A DNA stretch of 32,000 bases from Candidatus Hadarchaeota archaeon (GTDB lineage: Archaea > Hadarchaeota > Hadarchaeia > Hadarchaeales > Hadarchaeaceae), in NCBI GenBank assembly GCA_964514965.1, contig CAZETV010000001.1:120001-152000 (forward strand), given 5' to 3'. A program made the position numbers and the translations under genes. How positions within the stretch are numbered: the stretch's first letter is position 1; every line of letters starts with the position of its first letter. Shown here piece by piece: positions 1 through 9,157 of this stretch. The notes under the pieces are model-generated. The model saw only the letters and a list, made by a program, of their open reading frames with translations, made no database searches and was not told the DNA's origin.

Positions 1-557
1 CCCACATAAAGACCAAAACAAGGCCCCAGATGTCTACAGTTAGATATAAAGTAATGAAGACGAGAGAAAGGGATTCAACCAGAAAAGGTGAAATAATAAT
101 GAAAAATGCAGAGGGTATAGAAAATAGCGGAACTAAGATTTTAAAGAAAGAAAATGCAGGGGGAATCAACATAACGGAAGCAGATATCATCGTCTCGGGT
201 GGAAGAGGATTAAAAAAACCGGATGATTTCAAGCTTCTGCGTGAATTGGCTGATGTTTTAGGCGGAGTCGTTGGATCGAGTAGACCTATAGTTGATGAGG
301 GGTGGATAGGAAGAGAACATCAAGTGGGATTCAGCGGAAACACTGTTAAACCAAAGCTCTATATTGCATGTGGCATATCTGGCGCGCCTCAGCACTTAGC
401 GGGTATGAGGGATTCCGATATCATCGTGGCGATAAACACTGACCCCTCAGCCCCGATATTCAAAGTGGCCGATTATGGTATAGTCGGAGATTTGTATGAT
501 GTAATACCTAAACTAATTGATGAGATAAGAAAAAATAAAAACAAGGTGTTGAATTGA
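1..557 (+). CDS. etfA: Electron transfer flavoprotein alpha subunit, C-terminal FAD-binding part (5' end outside window)
   Basis: The frame is open from the window edge, with no stop upstream of the ATG at 30. EtfA C-terminal signature: [10 protein letters not shown]...[10 protein letters not shown]...[29 protein letters not shown]...[22 protein letters not shown]. Confidence 0.85.
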   Translation, partial: HIKTKTRPQMSTVRYKVMKTRERDSTRKGEIIMKNAEGIENSGTKILKKENAGGINITEADIIVSGGRGLKKPDDFKLLRELADVLGGVVGSSRPIVDEGWIGREHQVGFSGNTVKPKLYIACGISGAPQHLAGMRDSDIIVAINTDPSAPIFKVADYGIVGDLYDVIPKLIDEIRKNKNKVLN

Positions 558-1921
558 TAAAAGAAATTGAAAAGAACTTACGGGATATCGTGGGAGAAGA
601 TTGGGTTGTAACTAAAAGGGAACAGATGGAAAATTATTTGATAGACGAGACCGCCGCCTCTGTTAGACCTCAACCCGCTGCTGAAGTTGTTTTGGTAAAA
701 CCCGCAAACGCTCAAGAGATATCCAAAATTCTGAAACTCGCTATCGAGAAAAAGATCCCAGTTTTCCCTAGGGGCGGAGGAACTGGGCTCGTGGGAGGGG
801 CTATCCCTACTAAGGATGGCATAATCCTCTCCACAGAAAGGATGGACAAAGTTGAGATAGACAAGGACAACATGATGGCAGTTGTCGAGGCAGGGGCTAC
901 GCTTGAAAAATTATTAAAAACAACAGAAGAAGCTGGCATGCTATTCCCACCGCACCCTGGAGATGAGGGAGCTCAGGTGGGGGGACTCGTGGTATGCAAC
1001 GCCGGTGGAGCGAGAGCAGTGAAGTACGGGATTATCAGAAACTACGTGAAAGGCATCGAAGTCGTGCTTCCTACAGGTGAGATAGTGAATTTGGGTGGAA
1101 AATTATTAAAAAATAATATGGGGTATAATCTGATGCATTTGATGATTGGAAGCGAAGGAACTTTGGGCATAATAACCAAAGTGATTTTTCGATTATATCC
1201 AAAATTTGGGGCTACTGCAACCTTAATTGTGCCATATGAGAACCGGCATGATGCGATAAACACTGTTCCAAAAATCCTCCAGAGAGGGGTAATTCCCTTA
1301 GCTATCGAGTATGTGGAAAAAGACACGATAGAAAAATCGGCCGAACATCTGGGCAAAAAATGGCCATGCGAAAGGGGCAATGCTTTTCTTATAATAATAG
1401 TGGCGGGGGTCGAGATAGATGAAGTATATTCAGAAAGCGAGAAAATATCGGTGACATGTCAAGAGAACAACTCCCTAGAGCCTTTAATTGCTGAGTCAAG
1501 AGAAGAGCAGGATAGGATTCTGGACATAAGGAGTAATATCTACACAGCGTTGAAACCCGAAATCGCCGATATCCTAGATGTGACGGTGCCGCCTGCCAAC
1601 ATGGGAAAACTTATGGATGTAATAGACAAGATTGCTGAGAAATTTAATGCGTATGTCCCGACGTATGGGCATGCAGGAGATGGTAATTTACACCCGCATG
1701 TAATGGTAGAAAAGGGAAAAGGTCTAGACAATATTAAAACGTTAAAGAATGAAATTTATAAAGCAGCTGTAGATCTAGGGGGAATCATAACAGGTGAGCA
1801 TGGAATAGGAAAAATTAGAATCGACGACCTCGCTCTTTGTCTGTCTGAAAAAGAAATACAACTAATGGAAGGAATAAAGAAGCTCTTTGACCCGAATAAT
1901 ATTCTAAACCCTGTTAAATAA
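554..1921 (+). CDS. FAD-binding oxidoreductase, GlcD/LctD family (glycolate oxidase subunit D / D-lactate dehydrogenase-like)
   Basis: 455 aa. FAD-binding PCMH-type motif [15 protein letters not shown] and C-terminal GEHGIGKIR...[10 protein letters not shown]. The TTG start overlaps the etfA stop (TTGA at 554-557). Confidence 0.85.
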   Translation: MIKEIEKNLRDIVGEDWVVTKREQMENYLIDETAASVRPQPAAEVVLVKPANAQEISKILKLAIEKKIPVFPRGGGTGLVGGAIPTKDGIILSTERMDKVEIDKDNMMAVVEAGATLEKLLKTTEEAGMLFPPHPGDEGAQVGGLVVCNAGGARAVKYGIIRNYVKGIEVVLPTGEIVNLGGKLLKNNMGYNLMHLMIGSEGTLGIITKVIFRLYPKFGATATLIVPYENRHDAINTVPKILQRGVIPLAIEYVEKDTIEKSAEHLGKKWPCERGNAFLIIIVAGVEIDEVYSESEKISVTCQENNSLEPLIAESREEQDRILDIRSNIYTALKPEIADILDVTVPPANMGKLMDVIDKIAEKFNAYVPTYGHAGDGNLHPHVMVEKGKGLDNIKTLKNEIYKAAVDLGGIITGEHGIGKIRIDDLALCLSEKEIQLMEGIKKLFDPNNILNPVK

Positions 1922-1946
1922 GAGACGAATTTTTAGTCGGTAGATT

Positions 1947-1974
1947 AAAGAACGAACCATTTCGAAAAGTATCT
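1947..1974. repeat. Left copy of an imperfect ~30-nt direct repeat (AAAGAACG-N5-TTTCGAAAAGTATCT)
   Basis: The exact 15-mer TTTCGAAAAGTATCT at 1960-1974 and the 8-mer AAAGAACG at 1947-1954 both recur at 6802-6831. Confidence 0.5.
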
Positions 1975-2048
1975 TTTTATCTTTAACTTATGCGACACAG
2001 CAACACTACCAAAAAGTTTAATACTTACTACTTTGGCAACACAAAAAT

Positions 2049-3263
2049 ATGATTAGATTAGGCTTAGAAGTTTTTTTAAAGAGTAACGTAAGTTTAATTG
2101 AAGGTAAAAAAGTTGGTCTATTAACTAATCAAACTGGCATTGACAACGATTTTAACAGTATTATAGACTTATTTTACAATAATCCGAGAATTAAATTGAC
2201 AGCTATTTTTGCTCCAGAGCATGGAATACACAATGAACACCAAGCTGGAATCGGCTTCCAATCTTATGTGGATAAGAGGTATAACATTCCGGTTTTTAGT
2301 CTTTATAGATCATCTGTAAAATATTTGTCACTAACTTCTAGAAATCTAGATGAATGCATGCGTCTTGATGTATACAGTGTAGGTAAATCACCTACACATA
2401 AAATGATGGAGGCTATAGACGTATTAGTTTTTGACATACAGGATGTTGGTACACGAGTTTACACACATATCTGGACTATGGCGTTATGCATGAGAATATG
2501 CGCTAAAAAAGGTGTTTCTTTTATTGTTCTGGATAGACCAAACCCAATAAATGGCGTAACCATGGAGGGGTTTGTTCTCAACTATCCAAAGAATAGTTCA
2601 TTCATTGGATTATATCCTATACCTTTGAGGCATGGCATGACGGTTGGAGAGCTCGCTAGATTTTTTAATGGAGAATTTCTTGACAATAAGGTGGACTCAA
2701 AAGCTATACCCATGGAGGGATGGAAGAGGAAAATGTGGTATAGTAACACTTCCTTGCCATGGATTATGCCTTCACCAAATGTGCCTACCTTAGATAGTGC
2801 TACAGTTTACCCTGGACAAGTACTTTTTGAGGGCACTAACGTCTCTGAAGGCAGAGGGACTACTAAACCATTTGAGATAACTGGGGCACCATGGATAGAT
2901 GGCTTCAAATTGTCGAAAAAAATTAATGCTTACAAGTTTCCTGGAGTAAAATGCAGAGAAGTGTATTTTGTGCCATCATTTTCAAAATACAAGGGTAGGC
3001 TTTGTAACGGTGTACAGATACATGTTACAGATAAAACTAAGTACAAACCTTTTGAATTTGCGTTAAATTTAATCAAAACGATAATGGAGATGTATCCGGA
3101 TCGATTTAGTTTTCATGAAAATTACTTTGATATGGTCGTGGGAAATTCAAAAGTGAGGGAGATGCTGCTAAAAAATATTGGAGTCGATGAGATACTTCAA
3201 AGTTCTCAAGAAGACCTAATCAAGTTTTCAGAACTGAGGAGAGAATATTTACTTTACAGCTAA
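2049..3263 (+). CDS. DUF1343 family protein (YbbC/NamZ-like exo-beta-N-acetylmuramidase family)
   Basis: 404 aa. Family motifs KVGLLTNQTGID, FAPEHG, FDIQDVGTRVYTH, VLDRPNP, MPSPNVP and EGTNVSEGRGT. No signal peptide is visible. Confidence 0.8.
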   Translation: MIRLGLEVFLKSNVSLIEGKKVGLLTNQTGIDNDFNSIIDLFYNNPRIKLTAIFAPEHGIHNEHQAGIGFQSYVDKRYNIPVFSLYRSSVKYLSLTSRNLDECMRLDVYSVGKSPTHKMMEAIDVLVFDIQDVGTRVYTHIWTMALCMRICAKKGVSFIVLDRPNPINGVTMEGFVLNYPKNSSFIGLYPIPLRHGMTVGELARFFNGEFLDNKVDSKAIPMEGWKRKMWYSNTSLPWIMPSPNVPTLDSATVYPGQVLFEGTNVSEGRGTTKPFEITGAPWIDGFKLSKKINAYKFPGVKCREVYFVPSFSKYKGRLCNGVQIHVTDKTKYKPFEFALNLIKTIMEMYPDRFSFHENYFDMVVGNSKVREMLLKNIGVDEILQSSQEDLIKFSELRREYLLYS

Positions 3264-3286
3264 GTCATGGAGATGAGGAAGATAAC

Positions 3287-5329
3287 GTGGGAAGTAGTAT
3301 TCTTAAACTTCTTAAGTTATCTCCTTCAGCTCAGTCTGTAGACTATGTTAGAAGAAAAAAACAATTCCAGTTGCATAGACTTCTTACAGAACAACGCCAT
3401 CCAAAAACTTGGGACATGAGTTTCAAGATAAAATCTGATACTCTAGAAGGTTTAAGAAAAATACTGTCTGTGGACGAGGAAATATCCAACAAGATAATGG
3501 TACTTTCTAAAAAGCCTAAGCTGGTTATTCAAGCAGTAAACGCGGTTGCAAAAGCAATAGTCAAAGGCAAAAAAATTTACATTTATGGGTGTGGTTCTAC
3601 TGGAAGACTCGCAAAACAAATAGAAAGTGCGCTTTGGAAACCCTTTTGGAGACAGTTGAAGAGCAGCATGCTCTGGGAGAAACTAAAAAATTTCCTGCCT
3701 AGTGATATAGAAGAACATCTTATTGGGGAAATGACTGGGGGAGACAGAGCATTGGTAAGTGCTTTAGAAGGACTAGAGGATTTACAATTGATTGGATATC
3801 TTCAACTTATTGATAATAAAATAAAAAAAGGTGACGTTCTCTTTGCGATAACGGAAGGAGGAGAAACCTCGTCCGTTATAGGGTTTATACAAAGGGCATT
3901 GAAATTGTATGGCAAAATAACTTCTCAAAAAAAGAATGAAATTAAAAAGAAGCTTTATTTTATCTACAACAATCCAAATGAAGTTCTCAAATTGATAAAG
4001 CGTAGCAGAATAGTTTTAGAAAATAAAAGCATTACCAAAATTAATCTTACCACAGGATCCCAAGCTATAGCTGGTTCAACTCGAGCGCAGGCCACTACGA
4101 TAGACACCTATGTAATGGGTGTAATAATCGAAGAGGCGATATATAAAGTTCTGCGGGTTTTTTTGACAAAAGATGAACTTTCCCTCGTTGGCTTCAGAAA
4201 TAGAACTCTATCACAGAGATTGAAAGATTTTGTACATATCCCGAAGACAATATTTAATCTAATAAACGACATCGCCCCATTTACTGAATTAGAGGCGAAA
4301 GTTTACAAAAATCATCATTTTTCAATCTACCTTGCTAAAAAAGCTTTGTTTCCAATTTTTATAGATGTAGCTGAAAGGAGCCCGACTTTTAAACTTGATC
4401 CGTTAGATACTGTGAAAGTGCCGAGAAAAAGTTGGGTTCAAGTCTGGACACCAGTAACCGACTACAGGGAAGCATGGAAAGTGTTGCTAGAGCGTCGGTT
4501 TAAAGGCTTAAATCCTCCATTTTATAAAGCTCATGTTTCAAAAAAAGTTAGAGATAAATTCCTTCGACATACAGCACTTAACAGTCTAAACAAAGTAGGA
4601 CAGAACCAGGAGGCTCTTTATGATTTTTCATTTTCTAAATATAACATAGAGAAGCATCCTCCCAGAAAAGGAGATTTAAGTGTGATGATATGTGTTGACG
4701 AAGAAATAGATGAGCTACTAAATCCTTCCTCATCCTTTAGAAGTTTCCTCTCGCTCTGTAAAAAGAATAGGTCTAACGTGGCTCTCCTTTTAATTACAGA
4801 AAAACAACGTGATGAACTCGTGCTTTTAAGATCAAATATTGGAGACTTAGACCAAGATGACCACATCATAGTGCTCACGATGAATAGAAAAGATGATCCT
4901 CTTAATCTCAGGAGACACATCGCTCTTAAAATGGTGCTTAACGCACATTCCACAGCGGTAATGGCTAAACTTAGCAGAGTGTTAGGAAATACGATGGTAA
5001 ATGTTAATCCTAGCAATCTTAAACTCATTGGTCGATCCACATTCTTGATTTTGAGTCATGTAAACGATATAATAAATCGGAACGAATGGAAAAACAAATA
5101 TGGGAAGACAAAACCTGTTAAATATACTGATGCTAATGCGATTCTTTTTAGCGCCATGCGTTTTGTTAGAAAGTTAGAAAAAACTGGTCAAACTCCAGAA
5201 GTACCATTGTGTATAATCAGGGTACTTGAAGCACTACGACAAGAGAAGTGCATCAGCTGGGAGGAGACCTTTTTCATCTTGGAGAACGAGGGTTTTGAGA
5301 ATTATCTTCAACGTGTGTTAAGTTCATAA
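3287..5329 (+). CDS. Two-SIS-domain MurQ (MurNAc-6-P etherase) / glucokinase-regulatory-protein (GKRP)-like protein
   Basis: 680 aa with a GTG start. The N-terminal half matches MurQ/GKRP: LLTEQRHPKT, YGCGSTGRLA, MTGGDRALVSALEGLEDL, ITEGGETSSVIG, AGSTRAQATT. The second half has IDVAERSPTF (compare MurQ LDASECPPTF). The C-terminal cap motif is ALKMVLNAHSTAVMAKLSRVLGNTMVNVNPSNLKLIGRS (compare MurQ KAGTAQKLVLNMLST..GKVYxNLMVDVxxTNxKL). Confidence 0.7.
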   Translation: MGSSILKLLKLSPSAQSVDYVRRKKQFQLHRLLTEQRHPKTWDMSFKIKSDTLEGLRKILSVDEEISNKIMVLSKKPKLVIQAVNAVAKAIVKGKKIYIYGCGSTGRLAKQIESALWKPFWRQLKSSMLWEKLKNFLPSDIEEHLIGEMTGGDRALVSALEGLEDLQLIGYLQLIDNKIKKGDVLFAITEGGETSSVIGFIQRALKLYGKITSQKKNEIKKKLYFIYNNPNEVLKLIKRSRIVLENKSITKINLTTGSQAIAGSTRAQATTIDTYVMGVIIEEAIYKVLRVFLTKDELSLVGFRNRTLSQRLKDFVHIPKTIFNLINDIAPFTELEAKVYKNHHFSIYLAKKALFPIFIDVAERSPTFKLDPLDTVKVPRKSWVQVWTPVTDYREAWKVLLERRFKGLNPPFYKAHVSKKVRDKFLRHTALNSLNKVGQNQEALYDFSFSKYNIEKHPPRKGDLSVMICVDEEIDELLNPSSSFRSFLSLCKKNRSNVALLLITEKQRDELVLLRSNIGDLDQDDHIIVLTMNRKDDPLNLRRHIALKMVLNAHSTAVMAKLSRVLGNTMVNVNPSNLKLIGRSTFLILSHVNDIINRNEWKNKYGKTKPVKYTDANAILFSAMRFVRKLEKTGQTPEVPLCIIRVLEALRQEKCISWEETFFILENEGFENYLQRVLSS

Positions 5330-5536
5330 CAGCGGATTTTATTTCTAATACTGTATTGTTGACAAAATATAATGGGGTGGATGGGCCAAGGGAAAGACCG
5401 CATGAGCTGGGAAGATTTAGACAATAAGTTTGTTGGTTTTGCAGCAAAGACTCTTAATACTCAACTGAATTACTTAGTTTGAGTAATTGAAAAACCTTAA
5501 ATTTCATTAGAAGGTGTTAGCACTTGGTTTAACGAG

Positions 5537-6709
5537 GTGATATTTTTGGGCGGCGGTGCTGAAGCTGAAGTTAAAAATTCTAGAATGTCTGTGGGATGTG
5601 TTCTGAGGCATGGTAATCTAGAGGACGTCGGGATGGATCCCAGCCGCCTTAGGGAAGCAAGTGCATTCATCAAGAAGGCCATTTCCGAAAAAGCTTTTCC
5701 CGGCGCTGTTTTCTTGGTGGCACGTAACGGCGTGATAGTGGCACACGAAGCTTTTGGGGAGGCAGTATCAATACCCGCGGAACTTTCTAAACCTATGAAG
5801 TTAGATACCATTTTCGATACTGGGTCGGTGACTAAACCGGTGGCCACAGCAACATCCTTGATGATTCTACTCGAAAAAGGAAAGGTTTTGCTGGACGACC
5901 CCGTAAACTTCTATATTCCAGAGTACACTGGAGATGGGAAGGAAAAAACAACATTGCGCAATTTGTTAACACACACAGCCGGTATCACCGATCCAATTCA
6001 GCTATTTAAGAGGTGTAAAACTAGGGAAGATTTTCTAAGAGAAATATGCTGGATGAAGCTAGGATGTCCTCCCGGTAGTAGGGTCATTTACAGTTGTTTA
6101 GGTTTTATCTTATTGGCTTTCATCATAGAGAAAGTTGCAGGTGAGAGTCTAGCATCCTTTTCCAGACGAGAAATTTTTTCACCCTTGAGCATGAAGGATA
6201 CCCTCTTCACTCCTCCGGAAAAGTTGAGGGATAGAATCGCGGCGACTGAGAGATGTAGCTGGCGAGGGCGTATTATCATCGGGGAGGTTCACGACGAAAA
6301 CGCTTTTGGCATGGGTGGAGTAAGTGGCAATGCTGGACTTTTCTCCACCGCCCAAGACCTCGCTATCTTCGGCCAAGCATTCCTCAATATGGGAGCGTAT
6401 GGGCACAAAAGAATCCTCAGCTCCGCGACCGTTGAGTTGATGACCAAGAACCACACAGTAGGACTGGAAGAGCCTAGGGGTTTAGGGTGGGCTCTAAAGT
6501 CGGAGAAAGGACCCCAAGCTGGCGAATTGTTGTCCCCATTGACTTTTGGGCATACTGGTTTCCCGGGAGTTTCTCTATGGGTCGACCCAGCGAACAAACT
6601 TATCACGATCCTTATGACGAATAGGGTTCATCCCACTAGGGAGAACGAAGCAATTCTTCGAGTCAGACCACTATTCCATAATATCATTGCTTCCTCGATC
6701 ACTGGCTAG
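5537..6709 (+). CDS. Serine hydrolase, beta-lactamase/PBP (class C-like) family; possible AmiE-like muropeptide amidase
   Basis: SxxK motif in FDTGSVTKPVA, a YSx motif (IYSCLGF) and HTG in FGHTGFPG. The start is ambiguous: GTG 5537 in the ORF track, or in-frame TTG 5546 lying 5 nt after a GAGGTGA Shine-Dalgarno site (5534-5540). Confidence 0.8.
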   Translation: MIFLGGGAEAEVKNSRMSVGCVLRHGNLEDVGMDPSRLREASAFIKKAISEKAFPGAVFLVARNGVIVAHEAFGEAVSIPAELSKPMKLDTIFDTGSVTKPVATATSLMILLEKGKVLLDDPVNFYIPEYTGDGKEKTTLRNLLTHTAGITDPIQLFKRCKTREDFLREICWMKLGCPPGSRVIYSCLGFILLAFIIEKVAGESLASFSRREIFSPLSMKDTLFTPPEKLRDRIAATERCSWRGRIIIGEVHDENAFGMGGVSGNAGLFSTAQDLAIFGQAFLNMGAYGHKRILSSATVELMTKNHTVGLEEPRGLGWALKSEKGPQAGELLSPLTFGHTGFPGVSLWVDPANKLITILMTNRVHPTRENEAILRVRPLFHNIIASSITG

Positions 6710-6801
6710 GAGTTAGGTCATTACAGGATTTTCTCACTGAAAAACATGCCATTCATCTAGCTCAAAAATTGCTGGGTCAATACATATGAATTCTTCTCTA
6801 A

Positions 6802-6831
6802 AAAGAACGCTCAAACTTTCGAAAAGTATCT
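6802..6831. repeat. Right copy of the direct repeat (AAAGAACG-N7-TTTCGAAAAGTATCT)
   Basis: 15-mer at 6817-6831 and 8-mer at 6802-6809. It overlaps the stop codon of the ROK gene. Confidence 0.5.
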
Positions 6832-7861
6832 AACTATGCGTGTATATGAATACCAGTTTTGCTGCCCCATACAACGAGGCATTGGGCCCCAGCGACGAAG
6901 GCGCTATCTTTATTTCCTTATCTTTAATTTTCTTGACTAAGTAAGGCTGTGAATAAAGCTCCACAATTTCGTTTATGCGGTTCATCAGTAAGTCAGCGGA
7001 CTGCCCTACTCCGCCTCCGATGATGACCACTTCCGGGGCTAGGGTGCTGATGAGGTTTGACACAACAATGCCCATATATGTCGCGGTTTCTCGGACAATT
7101 TTTAGGGCGAGCGGGTCACTCTTCCTTGCGGCCTCAAATACCAATTTAGATGTTACGGCGTCAATCTTATTATTCACCATATCCATCAAAATCGTTTTAG
7201 ATCCTTTACGTATTTCTTCAACAGTTCTTCTAGCGATGCCCGTGCCAGAGCAGAGACTTTCAAAACATCCCTCGCCATAAATTTTGTCCATGAAGCTAGG
7301 CCCAAGCAACATCCACCCTATTGAGCCTGCGAGCTTCCCAACTCCATCGTACGGTTTTTCGTCAACGAGTATGCTGCCACCTATGCCCGTCCCCAGAATG
7401 ATGTAAATCGCATTTTTCGCCCCGCGAGCAGCACCTACCCATTGTTCTCCGAGCACCGGTGTAACGTGGTCGTGCACTGCGAATATTGGGAGCGAAGTAC
7501 CGAGATTTTTTTGTAGAAAGTTCTTTAGTGTCGAACCTTGTATTTGCGGGATGTTCGGTGCCCATGCAATTTTATCGTCATATTTTTCCACAAGTGTTGC
7601 ACACGCGATACCGATCCCCTTGATTTTTAACCCACTTGCTTTTGATTGATTCATTACTTTTTTAGTTAATTTTGCTATTTGGGAAAACATCGCGTCTATT
7701 GTACCTTTTTTAGTAGTCGGCTCTTCGACACGGAAAATAATTTTGCCATTTGAACTCATAAGCGCCGAAGCAATTTTTGTGCCGCCGATATCAACTCCTA
7801 TCGCATACGATTCTCTAGCTGGCTTCGTATTCTTGTGGAGTGCCGCTCTTTTTGGCATCAT
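6830..7861 (-). CDS. ROK family sugar kinase (glucokinase / N-acetylhexosamine kinase-like); no N-terminal HTH
   Basis: 343 aa. ATPase phosphate-1 motif AIGVDIGGTKIA, ILGTGIGGS and VVIIGGGV. The ROK Cys motif is degenerate (GEGCFESLCSG). Confidence 0.8.
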   Translation of the reverse strand: MMPKRAALHKNTKPARESYAIGVDIGGTKIASALMSSNGKIIFRVEEPTTKKGTIDAMFSQIAKLTKKVMNQSKASGLKIKGIGIACATLVEKYDDKIAWAPNIPQIQGSTLKNFLQKNLGTSLPIFAVHDHVTPVLGEQWVGAARGAKNAIYIILGTGIGGSILVDEKPYDGVGKLAGSIGWMLLGPSFMDKIYGEGCFESLCSGTGIARRTVEEIRKGSKTILMDMVNNKIDAVTSKLVFEAARKSDPLALKIVRETATYMGIVVSNLISTLAPEVVIIGGGVGQSADLLMNRINEIVELYSQPYLVKKIKDKEIKIAPSSLGPNASLYGAAKLVFIYTHS

Positions 7862-7983
7862 AAGATCCTATTGTAATCAAGGTTGACGTTAATTAAACTT
7901 TTACGGAAACAAAAGCACCTTTCGGGGTCATTCACTGTTTTAAAAAATTATAACAGATTGGGTGGGCCAAGGAGAATAGTTCA

Positions 7984-8991
7984 TTATTTAAACAGCGGAA
8001 TAACTTCTTTCGCAAAAAGCTTGTGAGTTCCTCGCTCGGCGGTTTTGTCAAAGTATAAGATGAAGTGGGTTACTCCGAGTTTCACGAATTTTTTGAGCTG
8101 CTCAGCGCATTGTTCAGGCGTCCCCATAATAATGCCTCGTAGGAATTGTTCCTTAGATATGGGCTCCCAAATCGCTTTCCCTCGATAGTCTTTGTTAAAA
8201 CCATCTTCGATGAGTTCCTGCACGATTTGCTGAACTTCCGTTTCAGTTTTGCCTATTATCACTTCAGCATGAAAGCTCAACTCGATTTCGTTTGGATTCC
8301 TTTTAACACTGGCGCAATGCTCTCTTAATATGCGGACTTTTCTTTCGAAGTCTTCTGGCATTCCTCCCCCAAGATTGTAGATGTCTGCATGTTTTGCCAC
8401 TACACGTAGAGTCAGTTTTTCTCCGCCTCCCCCGATCAAGATTGGGGGCCTCGGCTTTTGAACTGGTTTGGGGTAGTTGATTGCTCCATGAAGCTTGTAA
8501 TACTTACCTTCAAAATCAACTACGGGCTCGGTCCACATCCGTTTGATTATCTCGACCGCCTCATCGAGCATACCTATTCTTTTCGCCGCTTTCGGGAAAT
8601 CGTAGCCGTAGCCAAGGTACTCGTGTTCGTACCACCCGGCGCCTATTCCCAAAATCAGCCTGCCTCCCGAAATGGCATCTAGTACCGACGTCTGTTTTGC
8701 AAGCAATGACGGGTTCCGGTAGGAGTTGCAAGTCACGATTTGGCCAAGCTTCACCTTATCCGTTTTTGTTGCTAAGGCCGCGAGGGTCATCCAGCATTCA
8801 AAAACCGGACGATTTTCAATCTTTGGCACCGTGTGGAAGTGATCGTAAAGCCATATCGAATCATATCCAAATTGTTCAGCATCCTTTGCCGTTTGCACTA
8901 TAGATTGAAATTGGTCTTTGGGAGAAAGATCCTCTGCCAAATCCAACCTCCAGCCTTGGGGGATGGTCAAACCGAATTTTATTTGGTTCAT
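7984..8991 (-). CDS. Luciferase-like monooxygenase (LLM) class, probably F420-dependent oxidoreductase
   Basis: 335 aa. LLM pattern FGYDSIWLYDHF, LGIGAGW and PPILIGGGGEK. A GGAGTGA Shine-Dalgarno site lies 5 nt before the ATG. Confidence 0.8.
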   Translation of the reverse strand: MNQIKFGLTIPQGWRLDLAEDLSPKDQFQSIVQTAKDAEQFGYDSIWLYDHFHTVPKIENRPVFECWMTLAALATKTDKVKLGQIVTCNSYRNPSLLAKQTSVLDAISGGRLILGIGAGWYEHEYLGYGYDFPKAAKRIGMLDEAVEIIKRMWTEPVVDFEGKYYKLHGAINYPKPVQKPRPPILIGGGGEKLTLRVVAKHADIYNLGGGMPEDFERKVRILREHCASVKRNPNEIELSFHAEVIIGKTETEVQQIVQELIEDGFNKDYRGKAIWEPISKEQFLRGIIMGTPEQCAEQLKKFVKLGVTHFILYFDKTAERGTHKLFAKEVIPLFK

Positions 8992-9157
8992 TAGTTCACT
9001 CCTTTAAGTTTTCGAAATCGTCAAATATAAGTTTGCCGATTTTTTCTCCAATAAAAATTTTTAATATTCAACTGAAATATCGAGCATTTGAAAAACTTAT
9101 AAGTATTATTAAACGACTTTTAACATTTGGGTAACAAGTTTGAGGAGGCGATAACAG

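Noticed and set aside
5372-5482. A 36-aa ORF (MGWMGQGKDRMSWEDLDNKFVGFAAKTLNTQLNYLV) in the 207-nt gap before the serine hydrolase gene.
   Set aside because: It has no Shine-Dalgarno site, no recognisable motif, and is too short to support without conservation data.
5382-7972. A shared TGGGCCAAGG 10-mer preceded by an AAAATATAA-like box at 5364-5391 and 7942-7972. Also a shared CTCCCAATTGC 11-mer at 19393-19403 and 23005-23015.
   Set aside because: Exact 10-11-mers are expected many times by chance in 32 kb when both strands are considered. Their positions relative to the genes are inconsistent.
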